DNA of 64,000 nucleotides from Candidatus Zhuqueibacterota bacterium (GCA_034506315.1 JAPDPT010000009.1:6745-70744), one strand, 5' to 3'; shown: positions 7,655 to 16,838, counted from the first letter of the stretch. The notes: generated by a model from the sequence alone, not told the origin. Program-made: numbers and translations.

Positions 7655-8581
7655 ATGTCCGAGCGGGGCGAATTCCTTGTGCGCTTCTGGGGAGTAAGGG
7701 GGAGTTACCCCGTCCCGGGTCCCAGCACGGCGCAATACGGGGGCAACACGCCGTGTGTCGAGGTCCAGGTCAACGGGCAGCGCATTATTCTTGATGCCGG
7801 GACGGGGATCATCGGCCTGGGCAAGAAGCTGATGGGCGAGTTTGCGGCGGGCCGGGGCGAGGGCAAAATCAGCGTCGTGCTGCTCATCAGCCATACCCAC
7901 TACGATCATATTCAGGGTTTGCCCTTCTTCCTTCCAGCTCACTCAGGAGAGGGGATTCTCCACATCTTTGGTCCTGCTGCGATGACGGGTGAGTTTGGAG
8001 ACGCTCTTACCCGGGCGATGCTTCCCGCGTACTCGCCCCTCTGTTTGGACGAGCTGCGGAGCACCAAGGTAATCCGCAGCCTGCAGGAGTCCCACGTGGT
8101 CCTTCTCGGCCCCGAGGATTCCGAACCAAGGGTCCTGGAGGCGGTCCGGGATCAGACGCAGCTACCGGCAGGGCACGTGCTCATCCGCGCGATGCGGAGC
8201 TATTCGCACCCCAAAGGAGGCACCTACGTCTTCCGCGTGGAGGCCGAGGGCAAAAGCGTGGTCTACGCCACCGACACGGAGGGATACGTAGGGGGCGACG
8301 CGCGGCTCATCGCCTTCGCCAGAGGGACCAACTTGCTGATCCACGACGCTCAATATACCACCTCGGAATACCTCGATCCGCAAGCGCCTAAGCAAGGATA
8401 CGGCCACAGTACAGTGGACATGGCGGTCGATGTGGCGAAGGCGGCGGGGGCACAACAGCTGGTCCTCTTTCACCACGATCCTGACCACGACGACAACGCC
8501 GTTCGGGAAATGGAAGCCTACGCCCGCCGGCTCTTTCCTGCCACCGACGCGGCCAGGGAGGGGTCCGTTTATCGTCTGTGA
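7655..8581 (+). CDS. MBL-fold metallo-hydrolase (RNase Z/phosphodiesterase-like)
   Basis: WGVRGS, GGNTPCV, LDAGTG, SHTHYDHIQG (HxHxDH), YATDTE, GHS and LFHHDP motifs. Confidence 0.9.
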   Translation: MSERGEFLVRFWGVRGSYPVPGPSTAQYGGNTPCVEVQVNGQRIILDAGTGIIGLGKKLMGEFAAGRGEGKISVVLLISHTHYDHIQGLPFFLPAHSGEGILHIFGPAAMTGEFGDALTRAMLPAYSPLCLDELRSTKVIRSLQESHVVLLGPEDSEPRVLEAVRDQTQLPAGHVLIRAMRSYSHPKGGTYVFRVEAEGKSVVYATDTEGYVGGDARLIAFARGTNLLIHDAQYTTSEYLDPQAPKQGYGHSTVDMAVDVAKAAGAQQLVLFHHDPDHDDNAVREMEAYARRLFPATDAAREGSVYRL

Positions 8582-8865
8582 CCGTCGGCGTGCATTCTCC
8601 GGCCGGAGCGAGTTGCGTCGCACCCTACCCGGGGCGGACGAGCGCGAGCGGGCCGCAGGGGACCCCGCGCCGCTTGATTGCCGCACGGGCGATCAGGACA
8701 GAGCCGAGGAATGCCCGTTCTCCGGGGCAGGGTGTGAGCGAAGCACGAAGGGCACTGGTTTCGCGAGACCGGGCCCTTGCCCACCGAACTTTCGGGAATG
8801 GCGATAGAGCGATGCTTGTTGTAGTCGAGGTGGGATCGCACCTCCCCTCCGTTGGCCGAAAACCC

Positions 8866-8895
8866 TTGACACGCAAGGAAGGGCTGGACTATTTT
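8866..8895 (+). promoter_or_regulatory. possible sigma-70 promoter for the pdh operon
   Basis: TTGACA, 18 bp, TATTTT; would give a leader of about 280 nt. Confidence 0.45.
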
Positions 8896-9180
8896 CCGGC
8901 CGGCAAAGGCTGAATTGCGCAGGGAAAGTATGTTCCAGCTGGGGGGCACGTGCTTCCTAAAATGCCCCGATCCGCCTCTTGAGTCGCCCTGGCCGAAGGC
9001 GGTAGCCGGGGCTGAGCGGGAGGAAACGGTAAGTTCCCCGAGTGCCGCGCGGCCGTCGACGAGGGGTGGATTCTGTTGTGACGGAGCGGCTCTGGGGACG
9101 GCGAGGGATTTTCCCAAGGAGGAGGTCGATCCACGGGAGAGGGAGCTCTGTCTTGGAACGCAAAGGTGGAGCGGAAAGCC

Positions 9181-10209
9181 ATGGCGGTTTCTTCCAGGAC
9201 TCAGAGAGGTTCCAAGGGGGAAACGAAGCCCCTGCCGATTCCGGAAGGTCTGGACGACCAAACGCTCTTGAAGTGGTACCGGCAGATGCTCCTCATCCGG
9301 AGGTTCGAGCTGGAGGCGGCGCGCGCCTACGGTCTGGGGAAGATTGGGGGCTTCTTACACTTGTACATCGGGCAGGAGGCCACCGGAGTAGGAGCCATCG
9401 CAGCCATTCGAGAGGACGACTACGTGGTCTCCGCTTACCGGGATCACGGCCACGCCCTGCTCAAGGGGATCGATCCTAAAGTGGCTATGGCAGAGCTGTA
9501 CGGGAAAGTGACGGGCTGTTGCCGTGGCAAGGGGGGATCGATGCACTTTTTCGATTACGAGCGTCGCTTCCTCGGAGGCTACGCGATCGTCGGGGGCCAG
9601 ATCCCGATCGCCACCGGCGTTGGGCTCAAGATCAAGTACACCGGCGGTCATGAGGTTGTGCTTTGTTTCTTCGGGGAAGGGGCGATCAACCAGGGGGCCT
9701 TCCACGAGTCGATGAACCTGGCGGAGCTGTGGAAGCTCCCCGTCGTGTACATCTGCGAGAACAATCGGTACGCGATGGGCACACCGCTGGAACGCGCCTC
9801 GTCCCTCTTCGACCTCTCGCAAAAGGCTTGCGCTTACAACATGGCGCGGGCTGTCGCCAACGGAATGGACGTGTTCGACGTCTACAGCAAGGTTTCAGAT
9901 GCGGTGCGTCGTGCCCGGGAAGAAAGCCTGCCGACACTCATCGAGGCCAGAACCTACCGCTTTCGGGGGCACTCGATGTCCGATCCGGCTCACTATCGTA
10001 CCAAGGAAGAGCTCGAAGAGCAGATGAAAAATGACCCGCTGGTGACCTTCCCCGCCCTGCTTAAGAAGATGGGGATTCTCACGGACGAGCTGGACCGGCA
10101 GCTCCAGGAGGAGGTGAAGGCGGAGATCCAGGAGGCCGTGGATTTCGCCGAGCAAAGCCCGGAGCCGGATCTGGAGGAGCTCTATCGCGACGTGTACGTG
10201 GAGGGATGA
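9181..10209 (+). CDS. pdhA: pyruvate dehydrogenase E1 alpha subunit
   Basis: GKIGGFLHLYIGQE, YRDHGH, GKGGSMH, ENNRYAMGT and YRFRGHSMSDP motifs. Confidence 0.96.
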   Translation: MAVSSRTQRGSKGETKPLPIPEGLDDQTLLKWYRQMLLIRRFELEAARAYGLGKIGGFLHLYIGQEATGVGAIAAIREDDYVVSAYRDHGHALLKGIDPKVAMAELYGKVTGCCRGKGGSMHFFDYERRFLGGYAIVGGQIPIATGVGLKIKYTGGHEVVLCFFGEGAINQGAFHESMNLAELWKLPVVYICENNRYAMGTPLERASSLFDLSQKACAYNMARAVANGMDVFDVYSKVSDAVRRAREESLPTLIEARTYRFRGHSMSDPAHYRTKEELEEQMKNDPLVTFPALLKKMGILTDELDRQLQEEVKAEIQEAVDFAEQSPEPDLEELYRDVYVEG

Positions 10210-11192
10210 CAAAGATGGCCCAGATTAGCTACCGTGAGGCTCTCAACCAGGCCATGACCGAGGAGATGGAGCGCGACGAGCGCGTATTCCTGATGGGCGA
10301 GGAGGTAGGATTCTACCAGGGGGCGTACAAGGTGAGCCAGGGGATGCTCCAGCGCTTTGGCGAGAAACGCGTCATCGACACACCCATTGCGGAGTTGGGC
10401 TTCGTCGGGGTAGGGGTAGGTGCGGCTCTTGCGGGGCTGCGTCCCATCGTCGAGGTCATGACCTGGAATTTCGCCATTCTCGCCGCGGATCAGATTGTGA
10501 ACCACGCGGCTAAGATCCGCTACATGTTCGGCGGGCAGGCCAAGGTGCCCATCGTGATTCGCGGACCAGGGGGAGCTGCCCACCAGCTGGCGGCCACCCA
10601 TTCTCAGAGCCTGGAGGCCTGGTGGGCCCATGTGCCGGGCCTGAAGGTCGTGATGCCAAGCACCCCCTATGACGCCAAGGGTTTGCTCAAATCGGCCATA
10701 CGCGACGACAACCCCGTCATTTTCATCGAGGCGGAGCTCCTGTATGGGATGAAGGGGGAAGTGCCCGAGGAGGAGTACCTGATCCCCCTGGGGGTCGCCG
10801 ATGTGAAGCGCGAGGGCGAAGACGTTACGGTGATCGCGCACTCGAAGATGGTCCACGTAGCCTTGCGCGCGGCCGCTGAACTGGCGGAGGAGGGGATTTC
10901 CGTAGAGGTAATCGATCCGCGGACGATCCGTCCCCTTGACACCGAGACGCTCTTTCGCTCGGTGCGCAAGACGAACCGCGTGGTCATCGTCGAGGAAGGC
11001 TGGCCTTTTGCCGGGGTGGGTGCCGAGTTCGCCTACCGGATCCAGCGGGAGTGTTTCGACGATTTGGACGCGCCGGTGGAGCGCGTAACTGGTGCGGACG
11101 TGCCCATGCCTTACAACAAGAACCTCGAGCGCGCCGCCATCCCCGACGTGGAGCGTGTGAAGAAAGCCGTGAAGCGGGTGCTTTACCTGTGA
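10206..11192 (+). CDS. pdhB: pyruvate dehydrogenase E1 beta subunit
   Basis: MGEEVG..QGAYKVSQG, DTPIAELG, LAATHSQ and PSTPYDAKGLL motifs; ATGA overlap with pdhA. Confidence 0.96.
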   Translation: MTKMAQISYREALNQAMTEEMERDERVFLMGEEVGFYQGAYKVSQGMLQRFGEKRVIDTPIAELGFVGVGVGAALAGLRPIVEVMTWNFAILAADQIVNHAAKIRYMFGGQAKVPIVIRGPGGAAHQLAATHSQSLEAWWAHVPGLKVVMPSTPYDAKGLLKSAIRDDNPVIFIEAELLYGMKGEVPEEEYLIPLGVADVKREGEDVTVIAHSKMVHVALRAAAELAEEGISVEVIDPRTIRPLDTETLFRSVRKTNRVVIVEEGWPFAGVGAEFAYRIQRECFDDLDAPVERVTGADVPMPYNKNLERAAIPDVERVKKAVKRVLYL

Positions 11193-11202
11193 GGAGGCAG
11201 CC

Positions 11203-12435
11203 ATGGCCGTGGTCGTCCAGATGCCGCGCCTCAGCGACACCATGGAAGAAGGCGTCCTCTTGAAGTGGCGCCTGGGCGAGGGCGCCAAAGTGGAGGTCGG
11301 CGACATCCTCGCGGAGGTGGAGACGGATAAGGCCAATATGGAGCTCGAGGCCTTCGACGGCGGTACCTTGCTGAAGGTCCTTGTCCAGGAAGGCCAGAGG
11401 GTTCCAGTGGGGACGCCCCTTGCCATTATCGGTGAGCCCGGGGAGGACATTGAGGCCTTGCTGGCGGGACTCGGTGTCCCCACGGTGAGGAGGCGAGTGG
11501 AACCCACGGCCGTCGAGGCTGAGCCGGCCAAGCCCCCAGGTCTGGAGGCTCAACGGGTCGTCGGCGAGCGCGTAAAGGCTTCCCCCTTGGCTCGTCGTTT
11601 GGCTCGGGAGGCGGGAGTCGACTTAGCCCAGCTGAAAGGCTCGGGGCCTGAGGGAAGGATAAGGAAAAGGGATGTGGAGGCCGCCATTTCGGCCCCCCGG
11701 GCACCCGAGGAGGCGGTCCGTCCTGCTCCGGAGACCCAAGCGCGGCCCGCCGAACGCTACGAGGAGATCGAACCCAGCCTGATGCGACTGGCTGTGGCGC
11801 GCCGGATGTCGATGAGCAAGGCCCCCGTCCCCCACTTCTACCTCACGGTCGAAGTGGACATGGACAAGGTGGTCGAGCTGCGCGAGTCCATCAAGGATAT
11901 GGCTGGCGACGTGAAGATTACCTACAATGACATCATCCTGAAGGCCGTGGCGCTGGCCTTACGCCAGCATCCGTGGATGAACGCCAGCTACGTCGAGGGC
12001 AAGATCCGCCTCCACAAGCAGATCGACATCGGCGTGGCCGTGGCCTTGGAGGAGGGCCTGATTACCCCCGTCATCCGCAATTGTGACGGCAAGAGCCTGG
12101 GCCAGATCGCCCGCGAGATGCAGGACCTCACCGACAGGGCACAGAACCGAAAGCTCAAGCCCGAGGAGTACACGGGAGCCACCTTCACGGTGAGCAATCT
12201 GGGGATGTACGGCATCGAGGAATTCTCGGCGATCATCAATCCGCCGGAGGCTGGAATCCTGGCCGTAGGGGCTATTGCCAAGAAGCCGGTCGTGCGGGAC
12301 GATCAGCTGGCAATTGGCTACCGCGCGCGCCTCACGCTGAGCTGTGACCATCGGGTGGTGGACGGCGCCACAGCAGCGCGCTTCCTGAACGAGGTCCGAA
12401 GGCTCTTGGAGAATCCTCTTTCCCTAATGGTGTGA
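11203..12435 (+). CDS. pdhC: dihydrolipoamide acetyltransferase E2 (one lipoyl domain)
   Basis: Lipoyl motif ETDKA, E3-binding ASPLARRLA...GSGPEGRI, catalytic DHRVVDG. Confidence 0.96.
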   Translation: MAVVVQMPRLSDTMEEGVLLKWRLGEGAKVEVGDILAEVETDKANMELEAFDGGTLLKVLVQEGQRVPVGTPLAIIGEPGEDIEALLAGLGVPTVRRRVEPTAVEAEPAKPPGLEAQRVVGERVKASPLARRLAREAGVDLAQLKGSGPEGRIRKRDVEAAISAPRAPEEAVRPAPETQARPAERYEEIEPSLMRLAVARRMSMSKAPVPHFYLTVEVDMDKVVELRESIKDMAGDVKITYNDIILKAVALALRQHPWMNASYVEGKIRLHKQIDIGVAVALEEGLITPVIRNCDGKSLGQIAREMQDLTDRAQNRKLKPEEYTGATFTVSNLGMYGIEEFSAIINPPEAGILAVGAIAKKPVVRDDQLAIGYRARLTLSCDHRVVDGATAARFLNEVRRLLENPLSLMV

Positions 12436-12509
12436 GCGGAAAAGCCGGAGCTGGCAGACACTGTGGGATGAGGCTCAGAGAGGGGATCGGCACGTGAGAA
12501 GGAGCACCT

Positions 12510-13904
12510 ATGGGCGACAAGGACTTTGACCTGGTGGTGATCGGTGCGGGACCTGGCGGTTACGTCGCAGCCATTCGCGCAGCTCAGCTGGGCCTCAAAA
12601 CGGCCGTCGTCGAGCGCGACCGTGTCGGGGGAATCTGTCTGAACTGGGGGTGCATCCCCACGAAGGCCCTCCTGCGGAGCGCCGAGCTGCTGAACACGTT
12701 CCGCCGAGCCCGCGAGTTCGGCCTCGTAGCCGGGGATGTTTCCTTCGACTTTCCGGCCGTCGTCCGCCGGAGCCGGCAGATCGCGGATCGATTGGCACGA
12801 GGCGTGGAGTACCTTCTGCGAAAGAACAAGGTGGAGCTTGTGGCAGGTACCGCCACGCTCGCCGGGAAGGGCAGGGTTGAGGTGCGGTCCGACGGTGATG
12901 GCCGCACGCTATCCGCCCGGTACATCCTCCTCGCCACAGGGGCACACCCGCGGACACTACCCGGCGTTGAGTTCGACGGCACCAGGATCCTCACCAGCAA
13001 GGAAGCGATGACCCTGGATGCTCCCCCCGGTTCGATTCTCATCATCGGGGCGGGACCGATCGGCGTGGAGTTCGCCTACTTCTTCCACGCGTTCGGCAGC
13101 AAAGTAACTCTGGTGGAGATGATGCCGCACATCCTGCCGCTGGAGGACGCTGAGTGCACCGAGGTTGTCGAACGGGCTTTTAAGAAAGCCGGGATCGAAA
13201 TTCTGACCAACGCCCGCGTCGGTTCCATCGAGAAGACAGCCACCGGAGTCAAGACCGCGGTCGTGCGGGACGGACAGGAACAGGTCCTCGAAGCTGAGAA
13301 GGCTCTTGTGGCTATCGGGGTGGAAGCAAACACCCAGGGCCTGGGGCTGGAGGAACTGGGCGTGGAGATGGAGCGCGGTTTCATCAAGGTAGACGCCTAC
13401 GGGAGAACCAGTGTCGAAGGCATCTACGCCATTGGGGACGTGATTGGGCCTCCGCTCCTGGCGCACGTGGCGAGCCACGAGGGGATCGTGTGTGTGGAGG
13501 CGATCGCCGGCTTGCAACCAAGGCCCGTGGACTACACAAACGTACCCAGCTGCACCTACTGTCAGCCGCAGGTGGCCAGCCTCGGCCTCACGGAGGAGAG
13601 AGCGAAAGCGGCCGGCTACGAGGTCCGCGTGGGGCGATTCCCCTTCCGCGCAAACGGGAAGTCCCTGGCCCTTGGGGAGTCGGAGGGGTTCGTCAAACTC
13701 ATCTTCGATAGTCGGCATGGGGAACTCCTCGGGGCGCACATTGTGGGTCCCGAAGCCACGGAGCTCCTCGCCGAACTCGGGGTCGCCAAGACCCTGGAAA
13801 CCACGATGGAGGAAATCGCATCCACCCTTCACGCACACCCCACGCTGAGCGAGGCGATCATGGAGGCGGCCCTCGATGCCGGAGGAAAGGCGATCCACAT
13901 CTGA
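12510..13904 (+). CDS. lpdA: dihydrolipoyl dehydrogenase E3
   Basis: IGAGPGGY, GGICLNWGCIPTK redox disulfide, HAHPTLSE. Confidence 0.97.
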   Translation: MGDKDFDLVVIGAGPGGYVAAIRAAQLGLKTAVVERDRVGGICLNWGCIPTKALLRSAELLNTFRRAREFGLVAGDVSFDFPAVVRRSRQIADRLARGVEYLLRKNKVELVAGTATLAGKGRVEVRSDGDGRTLSARYILLATGAHPRTLPGVEFDGTRILTSKEAMTLDAPPGSILIIGAGPIGVEFAYFFHAFGSKVTLVEMMPHILPLEDAECTEVVERAFKKAGIEILTNARVGSIEKTATGVKTAVVRDGQEQVLEAEKALVAIGVEANTQGLGLEELGVEMERGFIKVDAYGRTSVEGIYAIGDVIGPPLLAHVASHEGIVCVEAIAGLQPRPVDYTNVPSCTYCQPQVASLGLTEERAKAAGYEVRVGRFPFRANGKSLALGESEGFVKLIFDSRHGELLGAHIVGPEATELLAELGVAKTLETTMEEIASTLHAHPTLSEAIMEAALDAGGKAIHI

Positions 13905-14631
13905 AGGACGGCCGGGTATCCTCTGGGTTTGGGGGCCCCGGACCATGGAATATCGGGCTGCCTGGGACCTGCAACGCTCCCTTTTTAGCGCCCGGACAAG
14001 GGGCGAGATTCCAGATACGTTGCTCCTCTTGGAACACCCTCCCGTTTTCACGATTGGGCGCAGCGGGGGGCAAGGGGATTTTCGCCTGCCCGCGAGTCGG
14101 CTTTCGGGGCTGGGAATCCCGGTTATCGAATGTGATCGGGGCGGCAGGGTCACCTTCCACGGCCCCGGGCAACTTGTGGGATACCCGATCCTCGACCTGG
14201 CCCAGCACCGGAGGGACGTCCACTGGTACTTGCGCACCATCGAAGAGGTGCTGATTGTCACCCTCGATCAGTTCGGTATTCGCGCGCAGAGAAGGCCGGG
14301 CCTCACCGGAGTGTGGGTGGACGAACAGAAGATAGCCGCCATCGGGATCAAGGTCAGCCGCTGGGTCACGATGCACGGTTTCGCCCTAAACGTGGCGACG
14401 GACCTCCACCACTTCAACTACATCGTGCCCTGTGGAATCCGGAACCTCGGCGTGACCTCCATGGCTCGGGTCCTCGGGCACAAGGTCGATCTCCTGGAAG
14501 TGGCCGATGCCTGCGTCCGCGCGTTTGCGGAACGGTTCGGTTTTGCAGAGTACCGATACGTGTCCGGGGACTTGTTGGCGCTTCTGAAAGTGGGGGGATC
14601 CAGTGTGACAGCGGGGGAGCAGAATCCCTGA
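13876..14631 (+). CDS. lipB: lipoyl(octanoyl) transferase LipB (start uncertain; overlaps the end of lpdA)
   Basis: LLEHPPVFT, RGGRVTFHGPGQLVGY, KIAAIG, HGFALNV and IVPCG motifs. Confidence 0.93.
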   Translation: MPEERRSTSEGRPGILWVWGPRTMEYRAAWDLQRSLFSARTRGEIPDTLLLLEHPPVFTIGRSGGQGDFRLPASRLSGLGIPVIECDRGGRVTFHGPGQLVGYPILDLAQHRRDVHWYLRTIEEVLIVTLDQFGIRAQRRPGLTGVWVDEQKIAAIGIKVSRWVTMHGFALNVATDLHHFNYIVPCGIRNLGVTSMARVLGHKVDLLEVADACVRAFAERFGFAEYRYVSGDLLALLKVGGSSVTAGEQNP

Positions 14632-14753
14632 CGGGCTCGTGCGGGGTTGGGGGAAGGCAACGAAGTCAACGAGTTGGCGGCGAGCTTCGCAGAGCGGGGG
14701 CGAACTTTCCGCCTGGAGGGGCAAGAGGTACTGTCGTTTTCCGGAAATTTGGT

Positions 14754-14782
14754 TTGCAGAATTCCTCACGGTTGGCTACAAT
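14754..14782 (+). promoter_or_regulatory. sigma-70 promoter ~480 bp upstream of nuoA
   Basis: TTGCAG, 17 bp, TACAAT; perfect palindrome TTTCCGGAAA at 14738-14747 just upstream. Confidence 0.6.
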
Positions 14783-14789
14783 CGCACCG

Positions 14790-15192
14790 CACCGTGCCGT
14801 GGGGGGAAACGTGGCCGTCGGTCTCACCTGGGGAGAGGCGGAGGGGGAATCCGAAGTGCCTGGGGAAGAAACCCGCTTCCGTGAAGGCGACGAGGGCCGG
14901 CGGTTCGAGAACCGGATGGGTAGAGCGAGGCGGAGTGGGTACCACGGGACGCAAGGAAGCCGCGGTTCGAGTGCTAATCCGGGGGGAAGAAGCACGCGCG
15001 GGCAAGAGGCCCGGGTACCTGCCTTGTTGATCTCTGGACCCGTGGGAAAGAAGGGGCCGGGAGCCTCCCACTGTGAAGCAAGGGGCGCGAAGCAAGACAA
15101 TCTCGCCAGGAGACGAAGCGGCAGCCGACCATTTCGGTTCGAGGAGAATGGGTGGGAAAGCTCGCCATTTCCTGGCAGGGATAGGGCACGGG
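14790..15192 (+). ncRNA. candidate large structured non-coding RNA or nuo 5' leader (no family recognised)
   Basis: Begins right after the promoter; ends can pair (CCGTGCC 14792-98 / GGCACGG 15185-91); several nested helices found by eye; no credible ORF. Confidence 0.35.
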
Positions 15193-15263
15193 TTCGCGTT
15201 CGGAGCAGGAAGGCTTCATTCTAATCGAGCGGGAAGTTAGGTGCACGGGCCGGAGCGGTACGG

Positions 15264-15617
15264 ATGAATCCATTCTTTCCGGTTTTGCTGACGGCGCTCT
15301 TTGTCGGTTTCCTGGTGGCGGCGATGCTCGGTCTCAGTCTCTTGCTCGGGCCGCGCCGCAAGTCAGCTGCCAAGGGGGAGCCCTTCGAAACGGGTATGGT
15401 CCCGTTCAACCTTCCGGGGGATCGGTTTGCGATCCGGTTTTACGTGATCGCCATCCTGTTCGTCATTTTCGACGTCGAGCTCGTGTTTCTTTTCCCCTGG
15501 GTCACTGTTTTCCGAACCCTGGGCTGGTTTGGCTTTGCGGAAATGGCCTTCTTCCTTGCGGTATTGGCTTTGGCCCTCCTATACGCGTGGAAGAAAGGGG
15601 CACTGGAATGGGAGTAA
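15264..15617 (+). CDS. nuoA: NADH-quinone oxidoreductase subunit A
   Basis: PFETG, FYVIAILFVIFDVELVFLFPW and KKGALEW motifs. Confidence 0.96.
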   Translation: MNPFFPVLLTALFVGFLVAAMLGLSLLLGPRRKSAAKGEPFETGMVPFNLPGDRFAIRFYVIAILFVIFDVELVFLFPWVTVFRTLGWFGFAEMAFFLAVLALALLYAWKKGALEWE

Positions 15618-16081
15618 GGCACTGGCTGGGCGATAACTTTTTGACCACCCGGGTGGACCAGGTGGTTGCCTGGGCGAGAAAATACTCGCTCTTCCCCTAC
15701 CCGTTCGTCACAGCCTGCTGTGGAATGGAGTACATGGCGGTCTCCGCCGCCCATTACGACCTCGACCGCTTCGGGGCGGCTTTTCCCAGATTTACCCCGA
15801 GGCAGGCCGACCTCCTGATGGTCGTGGGCACCATCAGCCACAAGATGGCGCCCATCCTGAAACGGGTGTACGAGCAGATGACGGAGCCGAAGTGGGTCAT
15901 GGCCTTCGGGGTGTGCACGTGCACAGGCGGCTTCTACGACAACTACGCGACCGTTCAAGGGATTGACACCATCATCCCTGTGGACATCTACGTGCCCGGC
16001 TGCCCGCCGCGCCCGGAGGCGGTGATCAAAGGGATCATGATGTTGCAGGAGAAAATCACCAAGATGCGCCAGGAATACTGA
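15608..16081 (+). CDS. nuoB: NADH-quinone oxidoreductase subunit B
   Basis: TACCGME, PRQADL, EPKWVMAFGVC and YVPGCPPRPE motifs. Confidence 0.96.
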   Translation: MGVRHWLGDNFLTTRVDQVVAWARKYSLFPYPFVTACCGMEYMAVSAAHYDLDRFGAAFPRFTPRQADLLMVVGTISHKMAPILKRVYEQMTEPKWVMAFGVCTCTGGFYDNYATVQGIDTIIPVDIYVPGCPPRPEAVIKGIMMLQEKITKMRQEY

Positions 16082-16088
16082 GGTGGGG

Positions 16089-16583
16089 ATGGAAGAGAGG
16101 GAGCATCCTGCGGTCGCCCGACTCAGGGAGGCCTTCGGCGAAAAGGTCCTCGACGTTTACACCTTCCGCGGCGATACCGTCGTGGTCCTGGATCGCAGTG
16201 TCAATGTGGAGGCCTGTCAGCTGCTGCGAGACGATCCCCAGTTGCAGTTCAATTTCCTCATGGATCTAACGGCGGTGGACTACCTCGGCTTCAACCGAAA
16301 GCCTCGCTTTGAGGTGGTCTACAACCTCTACAGCCTCGCGAACAATTTGCGGCTGCGGTTGCGGGTGCCGGTCCCCGAGGAGGACCCGATCGTGCGCACC
16401 GTAAGCCACCTCTGGAAAGCGGCAAACTGGGCCGAGCGCGAGGTCTGGGATATGTTCGGCATCCGTTTCGAGGGTCATCCCAATCTGAAGAGGATCTTGC
16501 TCTACGAGGAATTCGAAGGGCATCCACTGCGAAAGGACTATCCGGTCAACAGACGACAGCCACTGGTCGGGCCGCGAAACTGA
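16089..16583 (+). CDS. nuoC: NADH-quinone oxidoreductase subunit C
   Basis: DLTAVDY, RFEVVYNL, WAEREVWDMFGI and GHPLRKDYP motifs. Confidence 0.96.
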   Translation: MEEREHPAVARLREAFGEKVLDVYTFRGDTVVVLDRSVNVEACQLLRDDPQLQFNFLMDLTAVDYLGFNRKPRFEVVYNLYSLANNLRLRLRVPVPEEDPIVRTVSHLWKAANWAEREVWDMFGIRFEGHPNLKRILLYEEFEGHPLRKDYPVNRRQPLVGPRN

Positions 16584-16613
16584 ACCCTTGGAACAAAGGA
16601 TGGGGGCGGAACC

Positions 16614-16838
16614 ATGGACGAATTGCTGCACTGGATGAAGGACGAAGCCGGACGTCTCGAGCGCAAGTTCGAGAAGTTGTTTGAGGATGTCAGCCAGCGC
16701 CAGCAGGAGATCCTCCAGGCTCTGGAGCGGCTGGAGCGAGACCGAATGAGCTTGGTCAGGGCCGTCGAGAGGTTGGAGAAGGCGCAGGAGGAAATGAGCC
16801 ATCAGCTTCTGACGATGATGGAAGCGCTGAAGCGTTAG
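16614..16838 (+). CDS. hypothetical 74-aa coiled-coil protein between nuoC and nuoD
   Basis: ATG start; codon usage like neighbouring genes; L/M heptad pattern, E/R/K/Q-rich; fills most of the nuoC-nuoD gap. Confidence 0.7.
   Translation: MDELLHWMKDEAGRLERKFEKLFEDVSQRQQEILQALERLERDRMSLVRAVERLEKAQEEMSHQLLTMMEALKR

Noticed and set aside
8900-9180. TPP or lysine riboswitch in the pdh leader
   Set aside because: No CTGAGA/CCTGA..TAA..AGGGA TPP core; lysine-like words occur in the wrong order.
14933-14947. T-box-like GAGTGGGTACCACG
   Set aside because: One base too many for the GGTGGNACCRCG consensus, no terminator follows, and the downstream genes are not amino-acid related.
14647-15030. 127-aa ORF (and similarly the ORF at 8915-9271) as real genes in the long gaps
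   Set aside because: Low-complexity G/R-rich translations with no family motifs; the first spans a predicted promoter and the second overlaps pdhA.
15123-15182. Group II intron domain V/VI-like segment (AGCCG..CGGTTC, ending in AT)
   Set aside because: It lacks the upper DV stem and bulge, there is no GUGYG 5' end or RT ORF, and the branch-A geometry does not fit.
14790-15250. Large bacterial SRP RNA (CCGTGC start, GGTGCACGG near 15240, GCAAGGAAGC)
   Set aside because: The conserved helix-8 CAGG-stem-GNRA-stem-AGCAG motif is not met and the span is much too long.
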